Positions 10,942-21,042 of a stretch of DNA of 32,000 nucleotides are shown piece after piece (the first letter of the stretch is position 1; the number at the start of each line of letters is the position of its first letter). The notes beneath the pieces are model-generated. The model saw only the letters and a program-made list of their open reading frames with translations, did no database searches and was not told the DNA's origin. The stretch covers positions 420,001 through 452,000 of the forward strand of contig NZ_CP054059.1 of NCBI RefSeq assembly GCF_021057185.1, read 5' to 3'. Origin of the DNA: Candidatus Absconditicoccus praedator. Its GTDB lineage: Bacteria; Patescibacteriota; Gracilibacteria; Absconditabacterales; Absconditicoccaceae. Position numbers and translations under genes: made by a program.

Positions 10942-11009
10942 CGCCGTATGTAAATATATACAATACTATTACATACGCCGTATGTAAATATATCGGATAT
11001 CCTTACATA
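10942..11009. repeat. Two tandem 34-nt units, each able to form a hairpin (TATGTAA...TTACATA)
   Basis: Unit 1 (10942-10975) is cgccgtatgtaaatatatacaatactattacata. Unit 2 (10976-11009) is cgccgtatgtaaatatatcggatatccttacata. The first 18 nt and last 7 nt are identical and the central 9 nt differ. Unit 2 contains the palindrome GGATATCC. Confidence 0.7.
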
Positions 11010-11172
11010 ATACAAAAATACAATCGCAAGCACAAGCATAAATTCAGCTAAATTTTTTTGAATTTAAGCTTTAAAAATAAATTTTTCACAAACAAAAAAT
11101 TTAAACACAGCTTGAATTTTGTGGGAAAATACTTAATTATTGTAGTAAGTTTAATTTGATATTCAAAAACAA

Positions 11173-11613
11173 ATGTTAAGAAACTGCAGAAACAAAATAT
11201 GAGACTTACTACTTCGAATCTATGAAAAAATTGTAGGAAAAAAACCATGTGCTATATATAAAAGAAAACCAACTCCATACGACAAAAAAGCTCAAAAACC
11301 CAACCATGATGGTTTTGCTTCCAACTGTCCAATGTGCAACGGCAATTACGAATTAATAGAAGAATACAAAAACTTTCTTGTAATAAAAAACTGATACCCA
11401 TACCCAAAAACAAAAGAGCATTTGATGATAATACCTAAAAGACATGTTATTTGAATATATGATTTTACCCAAGAAGAAAAACTAGAATGGGCTGATATTT
11501 TCTCAAAATACTTAAATCAATGATATTTGATCTTCAATAGAGAGTTCCCCAAACATCCTGACTCAACCTTAGAACATTTCCATACTCAGGTAATTAAAGA
11601 AAACTATTATTAA
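11173..11613 (+). CDS. HIT-superfamily protein, GalT branch (HxHxQ), Ap4A-phosphorylase/nucleotidyltransferase-like (146 aa)
   Basis: ATG 11173, TAA 11611-11613. Motifs are CAIY...CPMC (a possible Zn site), FLVIKNGYPYPKTKEHLMIIPKRHV and LEHFHTQVI. The last is H-x-H-x-Q rather than H-x-H-x-H. Confidence 0.65.
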
Positions 11614-11838
11614 AAAACCCAAAGAAAGATTTTTAGCAATTATGTTTTTAAAACCTATATTATCATACAAAAACTTGGCTTAAAATTTTTTAGCTTGAGT
11701 TGTTGCTCTTATATTTACAGATTTTTTATTGAAAAATAACAGCACTCCTTATTTAATCTATCATAAAAAAATTATATTTGAGTTGAAAAAAAACTCTAAA
11801 AGTTTATCATTGGCTAATTTTAAACCCTACAAGACTAT

Positions 11839-14343
11839 ATGGAAACTAATCTTACCATGCACCACACGAACAACTCCTTAGATACAAATACAGATCTTTT
11901 TAGAAGTTTTTTTGATGCATTAAAAATTTTTGAAAAAATAGCAAACCAACATTTTAGTAAAAGCCAACTTCAAGAAATCAAAAATCCAAACACAAAAGAA
12001 TTTTTAAGACTTTTCATGTTATTTAAAAAAAAATACAATACCGACATCTCTTCTCTTGTTGATAACATTAGCAATGTTAATGAAAATGATCTATTAAATT
12101 TATTGGAATTTTTATCAAGAACAATCCAGGAAACAAATGATTATGAAGTGCAATGATTTATACAACATATGAAAAACGAACTAGAGGAGAGTTTATATCA
12201 TGAAAGCATTGGTAATGTAAACGAAGAGATCAAAACAAAAACTATAGAGAACATAATACATATTCAAAACCAAATAAAAAAATTTTTAGAAGAAAAATGA
12301 ATTGATTTCACTTCAATAGAGGAAGATTTAGACAGCAAAACATATAAACTATGTAAATACGTATTAGAAAACGACAACAAAAAAATAGTTAAGCTGATAA
12401 ATGAAATTTTTGATATGCTTTGAATAAAAAATGATACTGTTTTACAAAAAAACTTTTTAACTATAGTCAATGATTTTTTACAAGATCAAGCAAACAGTAC
12501 AAACTTAGAAAAAACTGAAAACCTTACAGTTTTGAGATTTATTTTTGTACAAATATCTAAATCCCAAATAGCAAACTCTTTAGAAGAAGCTTATAAAAAT
12601 ATCTTTAAAGAAGATGAAAGCTTACTAAATTTTAGCAGACAAGATTATTATTCCAACCAAAAAAAGGCTATTTTTCTACTAAACAACCCAAAGAAAATCT
12701 TAAGTTCTTCAGAAAAAAAATCTAACATACTATATGTTAGCAACAAAGAAAACATTTACTACAAAGTTTTCAACAACTGGGATTTAGCTCTAAGTTTTTT
12801 AAAATTAAATATTTTTGATGTGTTTAAAAATCAGCAAACAGACAAAATTACACTAGCCAACAAAATCAAAGAAGGGTTAGACTCTAAATGAGTATATTCA
12901 GAAAGATTGGAATTTTTTGCTGAGGACCTATGAGAGTCATGTTTTTTTAACCTTAAGATTTCAAAAAAACATGATAACAATAATTGATGAGAGCTTATTT
13001 CAATAATTTTAACAAAAGACAATAGCACAAAAAAAACCCAAAACACAAAAGAAACGACAACTACTACTGCCAACAACTTACCACAACAAACTAATGAAGG
13101 CGAGGATTTTCTTGATAGCAGTTGAGTTTTAAGATTTGAAAGCCTGGAAGAGGGCGAGTCTACCAAACAGGTTGCTGTTATGAAGATAAGTGACTTTTCT
13201 ATAATAAACAAAAAATATTGAGTAAAATTGTGAAATATAATACTTCAAAGAATATCAAAAACAATACAAAATTATGTTAAAAAATTTAATTATCTTGATG
13301 CTAAAAAATTGTCCACCCTAGAGTTTGCTATTATAAACAAACAAAACAGCAGTGAAACTATAGAAGATCTATTTGAAGAAATGCTAGGAGCCAAAAATCC
13401 TACTGAATGAAAGTTTTATATTAGAGAAATTTGAGAGGATATAGAAATAGATTTTAGTTGTTGAATTTTCAACAACGAAGAAAACTTAGATGTATTAGAA
13501 GCATTTGAAAAAGCACTTATGGCAATGTACCATGCCAAAAAAAACTGATCTTGAGCTTATTATTCTCCACAAATAGAACAACAAGAAAAATCTAATATAG
13601 AAAATTATTTGAACTGGAAAAGAGTAATAAGACATGCCCTAAAACAAAACAACATCACACCATTTTTACAATGAATATACGATGCACAAGATAATAATAT
13701 GCTACAGTATGAAGCTTTGATGAGACTGTATAACACTGAAACATGAGAAATTTGTTCTCCATGACAATTTTTAGACTATCTACCTATATTTGACAAAAAA
13801 CATAAAGCTTTTATGCAGGTAGTTATCAAGGCAATTAATTTTATCAAAAATGATAATAGAAAAAAAATTTTTTTGAATTTCACATCAGAACAGCTTAAAA
13901 ATTTACAAATTTACCAAATAATATCTAATCTTTTAGTATCACACAAAGTTAAATGAGAAAATGTAACAATAGAAATCCCCGAAGAAACTCTTGAGCAAAA
14001 TCATGATTATATCGACAAGTACAAAAAACTTGGCATAAAAATAGCAATAGATGATTTTGGTAAATGATACTCCAATCTAAAAAAACTATTTGAACTTTCA
14101 GACAAAATAGATTATCTAAAAGTAGACGGGTCTATAATAAGATGAATTGCCAATGACAAGTCAAAACAGGAAACCCTAAATTTAATAATGTTTTTTTCTA
14201 AAAATCACGATTTTCAAATAATTGTAGAATTCATAGAAACACAAGAAGATTATCAATACCTCAAAAATCTATGAGTTAGATATTTTCAATGATTTTTATT
14301 CTCAAAACCCAAACCGATTGAGCAAAGATTCATACAAAATTAG
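11839..14343 (+). CDS. Degenerate-GGDEF + EAL domain protein (putative c-di-GMP phosphodiesterase, 834 aa) with an N-terminal region of about 430 aa of unknown function
   Basis: ATG 11839, TAG 14341-14343, with all triplets checked. EAL motifs are QYEALMRL (EAL at 13711-13719), FLNFTSEQL, IEIPEE, IAIDDFGKGYSNL, YLKVDGSIIRG, VEFIETQED and YFQGFLFSKPKP. The GGDEF-like fold upstream is VAVMKISDFSIINKKYGVKLGNIIL...STLEFAIIN, with no GG[DE]EF. Confidence 0.88.
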
Positions 14344-14524
14344 CAAAAAATGTATTATCAGCCTAATTTTTATTGCAAAAAATATTAATATGTTTTTATA
14401 ATAGATTGATATATTTTTCAAAATCCCCAAATTTTATCCTTGGACATTCTTTTATTTCAAAAAATCTTGTTTTTGTGATTTGTATATTTATAAATTTTTT
14501 GAATTTACGGGATAATTACAAGTT

Positions 14525-14923
14525 ATGTTTTTAGATATTATGGTTAGCACAACAAAAAGAAACGAATTTATTGATATCACCAACCGGATAAATCAAAAAA
14601 TCAAAGAAAATGAAATTCAGGAGTGAATTTGTACGGTATATACTCCTCATACTACTTGTTGAATAACAATAAATGAATGAGCTGATCCTGATGTAATGGA
14701 TGATATCCAAAGATTTTTGGACAACAAAATCTGGTCAGATCCTATTTATAAACATGCAGAATGAAACTCTGATTCTCATATCAAATCATCATTACTTGGA
14801 GTAAGTCAACAAATCATTATCTTCAATCAAAAATTATTACTTGGAACCTGGCAAAAAGTTTTTTTTGGTGAGTTTGATTGACCAAGACAAAGGAAGGTAT
14901 TTCTAAAGTTAATTAATTGATAA
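14525..14923 (+). CDS. yjbQ: YjbQ/UPF0047 family protein (secondary thiamine-phosphate synthase-like)
   Basis: ATG 14525 (alternative 14540), TAA 14921-14923. Motifs are FIDITNRI, TVYTPHTTCGITINEGADPDV, KHAEGNSDSHIKSSLLG and LLLGTWQKVFFGEFDGPRQRKV. Confidence 0.85.
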
Positions 14924-14949
14924 GATTTTTTAGAAACTAAAAAAATTTT

Positions 14950-15834
14950 ATGAGGAATGGTATAGATCAAAATTTTGGGAAAAGTAATTCAGATCTTTTA
15001 TTAGAAATGATGTCTACTCAAAATACAATTTCTGAAAAAATTGGAATAATATACTGGAATGAGTATGATTTTCTAAACAATCCTGAACTTGCTATACAAA
15101 CAGGGGTGTTTTTATACAATGCATACAAACATATACAACAAACATCTCCAGAAAAAATTGATTGAATTTGAGTTCTTGGTCTTTCTGGAAGAATTTATTA
15201 TTATCTTTTGAATCTTTTTGTTTTTATGATAGAGCAAAAATACATCCCAGAATTCCCAATAGATGATATAGAAGATATACAAAAAGCAGATGAAAAACTA
15301 TCAACACACAACAAAAAATATCCTTCTCCTGAATGATCAAAAGATGATTATAGTGAAGCTATTTTTGGTAGCAAAATGTTTGGTAGATACTGATCAATTG
15401 GATACTTGGATGATGCTTATTTTGATAGCAAAAACATTGTATTAATTGATTCAGTGCTAAGATCATGAAAAACTGTAACAAAAGCATCTGAAAGATTAAA
15501 ACCACTAAATTGTACAATTTCATGAGGGATATTCAATATAAACTTTGATAATATTTCCAGCAAACACAAAAATGAAGCAAATATTCCTTTGGTTACCTGA
15601 GTGGATTTCACAAAGTTATTGGATAGTTTGTGAATTTGTTTGGGCAAAAAGCAGATAGTACATTATCATCCTTATAATATGTATGATTGAGAATATGTTA
15701 TGAAATATTTTGAGAATTTATTTTGATATTCAGTAAATGAGTTTTTTGAAAAAATAAAAGGTAAGATAAACACTTTTGAAATCCAACAAGAAGCTTCAAA
15801 AACAAGACTTACTGAAACACTAGAGAGCAGCTAA
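14950..15834 (+). CDS. Phosphoribosyltransferase-like protein (294 aa)
   Basis: ATG 14950, TAA 15832-15834, triplets checked. KNIVLIDSVLRSGKTVTKA resembles the type-I PRTase PRPP loop, but with D-S where D-D is usual. The rest is unrecognised. Confidence 0.45.
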
Positions 15835-15922
15835 CAATCAAATAAATTTACACCTACAATTTTTTTTGAAATAGTTTTATTAAATTTGCTTTTATGAAAG
15901 TTTTTATTTTTATGTAATTAAA

Positions 15923-15946
15923 AAACCCACTTCAAAGAGTGGGTTT
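15923..15946. terminator. Intrinsic terminator between convergent genes
   Basis: A perfect 9-bp stem (aaacccact / agtgggttt) with loop tcaaag. There is an A-run on the left, which gives a U-tract for the minus-strand Kazal gene, and A/T-rich sequence on the right. Confidence 0.6.
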
Positions 15947-15966
15947 AAATATATATTTTGTAAATT

Positions 15967-17457
15967 TTAATCTTCTATAATCTCAAAAGATTCTACTACA
16001 ATTTCTCAATTATCAAATCCAATTTCTACTTGTGCATACATTAGTATATGACCATCTTCGTATTCTACTACTGCTTTTTGATCATCTATCCATTCTATAT
16101 CGGTCACAAACCAGTTACCACCAAGCACTTCCTCTTCTGGAGACAAATCTGCTATATTGTCTTTGATGTAAGGTTCATAAAAATTTCTTTGAGCATAACT
16201 TTCTAGAATATATTGTATTTTTCAGTAAATAGCAAATTCTGAATCCTGAAAAGTATAGTTTTGTTTTCTATTCTCCGCTCTGTCAGCTACTCTTTCCAAA
16301 TACTCAACTTTGTCTTGAATTGTTTCGTATCTGTTTGTTTCAAATATTTCATTCAAAGCCTTATTGAACGCATTTGTTAGTCTAATTCTTAGGATTGGTG
16401 ACAAACATTCTCATTTATAAGCTACTTGTACATTGTTTTGTTGTTCGGCAACACACTGATTGCTATAAGTTTCTCTGTCTACACCACAAACAGGATTGTA
16501 TTCCATAGTACAAGCTACTTGATCATCTTCTGAATCTTGATCATCTTGTTCGTAATCATTACAGTGGCTTATTTCTTCATTTACAGATATATCTACTTGG
16601 TCAGCAGTTATATCTTCTTTGATTTGAATTATTTTGGTTGGATAAGTAAGTGCTTGAGTTACCATACATCAATCTCAAGGAGAAATATGGTTCAATTCTA
16701 TATTGATGTTGCCTTCGTTATCCTTAGTAATATTTTCCAAGTTGATTTGATATCATCCTGTACTTCTTTGTCACATTGATGATACTACTAAAACACCTTC
16801 TAAGTCAGTAATATACTTTTCAAAATTTTCTGATGACATTCACAATTTATCTTCAATTTCTTCTTTGGTTTCTATAACATAGCTTCCTGGAGTAATTCAT
16901 TGATGTGAATACTCATTATAATGAGTTTCATAGCTTATATCCTCTTTATGGGCATCATCAATATGCTGAGTACATTTTCGCTCTTCTTGTCAATCTTCTC
17001 AATAAACATCCTCACAGTACATCTGAGTCATTCCAGCAGCTTCTCAATCTTTTATCATAACTGTATTACATCAATCAGTTGCTGCTGCACAATATTCACC
17101 ATGAGCTTCCAAGAAATCATCTTTATTATCAAAAGTTCTTGGCTCAAAGTAGTTAGTTGTATGATCACAAGTTCAATCTTGCTCACAGTCATTTATTCAA
17201 TCTCTGTTCATATCCCAAGTCCAATGCATTTCACCTTCTTGATCATAGTAAGCTTCTTCTACTTCGCACTCTCAATGATGCTTTATTTCTACATTATTTT
17301 GTTGTGTTGCAACACATTCATTTGAATATGTTTGTCAGTCTACACCACATACTGGATCCCATTCCATAGTACAAGCCACCTCATTTGCCTGAGCTATAGA
17401 ATACAATCAAACAAGATAAAATAAGGACAAACTCAAAAATAAAATAATTTTTTTCAT
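15967..17457 (-). CDS. Secreted multidomain protein: signal peptide, Kazal-like domain, Cys-rich acidic region, PrcB_C-like domain, second Kazal-like domain, C-terminal domain (496 aa)
   Basis: ATG at 17457-17455 and TAA at 15969-15967. The signal peptide is MKKIILFLSLSLFYLVGLYSIAQA. Kazal 1 (17266-17377) is ACTMEWDPVCGVDGQTYSNECVATQQNNVEIKHHGEC. Kazal 2 (16405-16514) is ACTMEYNPVCGVDRETYSNQCVAEQQNNVQVAYKGEC. The PrcB_C-like part is SSMGQRSTGGYQINLENI...PGDGCMVTQALTYPTKII. Confidence 0.8.
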
Positions 17458-17648
17458 TTTAGTTTTTTTAATTTATAAATTTTTTGATGACCTAATATAT
17501 AATACGACTAATTTTTTAATTTATTACAAATTTTAATCAAAAAAACTAAAACCCATATCAAAACAAACTTTAAGATCAAACATGTTGAATTTTTTCAAAA
17601 TAAAATTATAAAATATTGTGTTTTTGTCATACTGTAGGAGTTTGATAT

Positions 17649-17861
17649 ATGAGCAAAAAAACTCAAAAGTTGATTTTGGGAGTAGTACTTATTGGAGTAT
17701 TAAGTTTACTTGTAGGTATTTCCTTAATTGACGACAGCTCAACCAAAACTAAAAATAAGTCTGATTATCAAACCAAAACAGAAGAAATCTCTCAAAAGCT
17801 AAACCAAATAGAAGGTAAATTTGAAAAAAGATTAAAAAGGCTTAAAAGATACTCCGAATAA
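17649..17861 (+). CDS. Small membrane-anchored protein (70 aa)
   Basis: An AGGAG Shine-Dalgarno sits 8 nt upstream of ATG 17649. The stop is a true TAA and a terminator follows directly. There is an N-terminal TM segment (LILGVVLIGVLSLLVGISLI) and a basic helical tail. Confidence 0.65.
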   Translation: MSKKTQKLILGVVLIGVLSLLVGISLIDDSSTKTKNKSDYQTKTEEISQKLNQIEGKFEKRLKRLKRYSE

Positions 17862-17890
17862 ACCTCGTTGATTTTCTTCGAGGTTTTTTA
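17860..17890 (+). terminator. Intrinsic terminator
   Basis: Stem aaacctcg (17860-17867) pairs with cgaggttt (17879-17886), followed by TTTTA. Confidence 0.6.
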
Positions 17891-17954
17891 AGTTGGTGTT
17901 GAAATTTAAGAATAAAATAAATATAAAAGCTTTAATTTAATTTTAACAAAAAAA

Positions 17955-19037
17955 ATGCACAAATACATATTTTTAGCAAGTTTTCTTGTTTTAAATTTTT
18001 TTGGTTTTTACTTGTTTCATACTTGAAAACAAGACCTTGTAGAATGAAAAACTCATACACATAATATATCAAACAATATAGACAAGGAAATGCTAACCCA
18101 AAATCCTTTGAGTATTGTGCATGAAAAAAATCAAAAACTTGAATACAAGATAAATGACAACAAAATCAAATTAATTTTCAACAACGACAACAATATTTAT
18201 GAAAACATTAAAGAAATTTCCGATAAAGACGACATAAAACAACTACTAGACAAAACACGGGAAAAAAAACACCACAAAATAGGTAAAGATTATATAAATG
18301 AAACCAGCTGCAACAAACTAAAAAACAAAAACCCTATCAACAATCCAGCTCAAATCATACAAGAAAAAATAATTCCTCAAGAAGACATTAAAAAATTCAT
18401 TTGATGCTATATATACTCAAATCCTGACCACCAAATAAAATCCAAAATTCAGACAAGTTATGAAGAATATAGAGATGTAAATATTTGATGATGACTTAGC
18501 ACCCTAAAAAATAAAACATGGGAAAAATGAGAAGTAATAAGTATTTATGATTACTTAAAGCTATTTAATTGATATATTGAATGAAGAGCCACAGTAAATG
18601 GAGAAAAAGTAATGATATGATGGTGAGGAGTTTGTGGAGTAAGTACTGCAGCATATCAAGTATTTGCTGAAGCAGTAGACATAAAAATTCTAGAAAGACA
18701 CAATCACAATATTTTAAATATAGATTCATTTGGCAGAAAATGATTTGATTCTAGTGTTTTTGGAGACTGAACAAATCCAGATTTAGATCTTGTAGCTCAA
18801 AACCAACATTGAAAAATATTTGTAGACATAATAGACAAAGCAAACAAAGAACAAAACAAGTATTCTTACTGAATGAAGCTATACTCGTGGAAACCTTTTG
18901 AAAAATATGACATCAGTTTTTCTGAAGAGTATGAAAAAAATTGAAGAACTTGTGTAGATAAAATAAAAGAACACCCAAAACAATCAAAAACCGTTACTAG
19001 CTGTTATATAGATATAATTCAAGAAGATGATATCTAA
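17955..19037 (+). CDS. VanW-family protein with an N-terminal membrane anchor (360 aa)
   Basis: ATG 17955, TAA 19035-19037, triplets checked. The TM anchor is MHKYIFLASFLVLNFFGFYLF. The VanW-like core is IGWGGVCGVSTAAYQVFAEAVDIKILERHNHN...GFDSSVFGDG...DLVAQNQHGKIFV. Confidence 0.7.
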
Positions 19038-19581
19038 AAAGTTTTGGAGCCAACAAGCAGAAACTTTATGAAAAAATATACTTGGAAAAAAACTAACAAA
19101 AAATAGTTTGGAATGAATAATTAGTGAAGTTGAAGTATACAAATGAGAGAATGATCCTGCATCTCATGCATACAAATGAAAAACAAAAAGAAATCGACCA
19201 ATGTTTGATGAATGATGAATAATATATGTATATTTGATATATGGAATACATTACTGTTTTAATATAAGCCTTGGAAATCAAGTATGAGCTATCTTAATAA
19301 GAAGCATCATTCCCACCAAGTGAATTGAAAAAATGAAAATAAATAGGAAAACAAAAGACATTAAAAATTTAAGCAACTGACCGGGGAAGCTAACACAAGC
19401 CTTACAAATATGAAAAGAATATAATTGAAAAAGCTTGTATGACAAATCAAACGACATTATAATAAAAGACTGAACCCAAGATTTTGATTACACAAAAACA
19501 AGCAGGATTTGAATAAACAAATGAAAAGACAAAAAACTAAGATTTGTAATTACTAATATTGATCCAAAATATTATTCATAA
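19027..19581 (+). CDS. mpg: DNA-3-methyladenine glycosylase (Mpg/AAG family)
   Basis: ATG 19027 overlaps the vanW-like 3' end by 11 nt. TAA is at 19579-19581. Motifs are ILGKKL, GIISEVEVYKGENDPASHAYKGKTKRNRPMFDEGGIIYVYLIYGIHYCFNI, GAILIRSIIP and NGPGKLTQALQI. Confidence 0.88.
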
Positions 19582-19900
19582 GATCATTCAAGTCAGCATT
19601 TGTATCTTGTTTTATTTTTGTGACAGCAAAATCAGCTCATTTTTTCAACAACTCTTGATTACAATCAGGAACAGAAGAAAATCATATTATAATATCTGCT
19701 TTAAGTTCATGTATAACATCTTTTCAAGTTAATCAATCTTTATCAAGATAATAATCCAAAAATAAGATATCAAATTTTTTGTTTACTGCTTTTTTGTATG
19801 TGTCAAAATATTCAAAATTATACTGGAAATAATCTGGCATAGAATTTTTTATCTGCAATATTCAATAATCCTTATCATCCACCAAAGCTATTTTTTTCAT
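19553..19900 (-). CDS. Stand-alone response-regulator receiver (CheY-like REC) domain protein (115 aa)
   Basis: ATG at 19900-19898 and TAG at 19555-19553. Motifs are KIALVDDKD, FDILFLDYYLDKDGLTGKDVIHEL, IIIGFSS and GADFAVTK. The 3' end overlaps the mpg 3' end by 29 nt (convergent). Confidence 0.8.
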
Positions 19901-20142
19901 TTTTTATTACATTTATTAAATAAATTTTTTTAATTAATTAAAATCTAGTTTCTTGAAAATTTAAAATAGTTTTTTTGTGTTAATTAAACATATATATAAT
20001 TTAGAGCATTAATGTAAATTCTTTTAAATAATCTTGAATAGACAAATTCAACATTGAAATAATAAACAGAACAAGAAATATTGCAACATATCTAAAAATA
20101 ATTATATTGTCTGTAAATATATTTATTTATTTTTTTACAATA

Positions 20143-20946
20143 ATGCAAGTAAACCACATTAGAAGGAACTTAAACCTACCCAAACCAGAAGAATGAACAG
20201 ATATATTAAAAAAATTTATATCAGATAAGTTATCAACAATATTATTGGAACATGAAATAAGAAGAAAAGAAATTTATATACCCAGACTATGAGACCACAC
20301 TACCAATATAGTACACATTCCTTCAACACAGCAAGCAAGAAATGAGTTTTTACATATAACAAATATAAATGGACAAAATTTCTCTCAAAGAGAAAAAACA
20401 GATTGAGTAATTTTAACAAATGAAACCTTAATTGAATGATGAATTCTACAAATAGTTTGAGATTGTGCAGTAATCTCATTTGAAGATAGATGAAAAGAAG
20501 TAGTATGAAGTATACATTCTGGCTGGAAATGAACAGCAAAAGACATAACTTGAAACCTAGTAGAAAGATTGAAAGATTTATTATGAAATAAGTCATTAAA
20601 AGATATAATTTTTGAAGTATCTCCCCATGCAATGTCTTGTTGTTATGAATTCTGAGAACAAGATTTTCTTCAGAATTTTAAAAAAAATCCTTTAGAACCT
20701 GAACTTCCATGACTACTTGAAAGATATTCAATAAAACCAGAAGAAATAGCATATAAAGCTTCAGAATGAAAAGTTAAACTTGATATATTAAAAACATTAC
20801 TACTTGTATTACAAAAAAATTGAGTTGATACTAGAAATATAAGTAGTAAAAATATTTGCACTATATGCAGATGACATAAAAAATGATACTACTCTTCAAG
20901 AAAAGATATAAATAAGAGATTTTGAGTTCTCACATATAGCACTTAA
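20143..20946 (+). CDS. pgeF: YfiH/PgeF (DUF152, Cu-oxidase_4) family protein
   Basis: ATG 20143, TAA 20944-20946. Motifs are TDGVILTNE, VGDCAVISFED, VGSIHSGWKGTAKDI, VSPHAMSCCYEFGEQ and ICTICRGHKKGYYSSRKD. Confidence 0.85.
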
Positions 20947-21042
20947 ATTTCTTATAATCAACCAGTATTCTTTTTTAAAAATTGCCCTAGATTACAGAAC
21001 TTTCAATTTTTTTTGAAGCAGATAAAAGATAATATATAAAAC

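Noticed and set aside
9551-11009. The short repeat arrays at 9551-9595 and 10942-11009 considered as a CRISPR array.
   Set aside because: The 9551-9595 array has 9-nt units with no spacers. The 10942-11009 array has only two 34-nt units, also with no spacers. There are no cas genes. Neither has CRISPR architecture.
12831-13211. 126-aa minus-strand ORF inside the EAL gene, with 12264..12470.
   Set aside because: It is antisense to a verified 834-codon plus-strand frame with EAL/GGDEF motifs. It has no motif and low complexity.
16921-17325. 134-aa plus-strand ORF, with neighbours 16537..16779 and 17157..17369.
   Set aside because: It is antisense to the Kazal/PrcB gene, which has a signal peptide, duplicated Cys motifs and a consistent frame from 17457 to 15967.
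20300-20861. Minus-strand ORFs 20300..20632 and 20670..20861.
   Set aside because: They are antisense to pgeF (20143..20946), which shows the full YfiH motif set.
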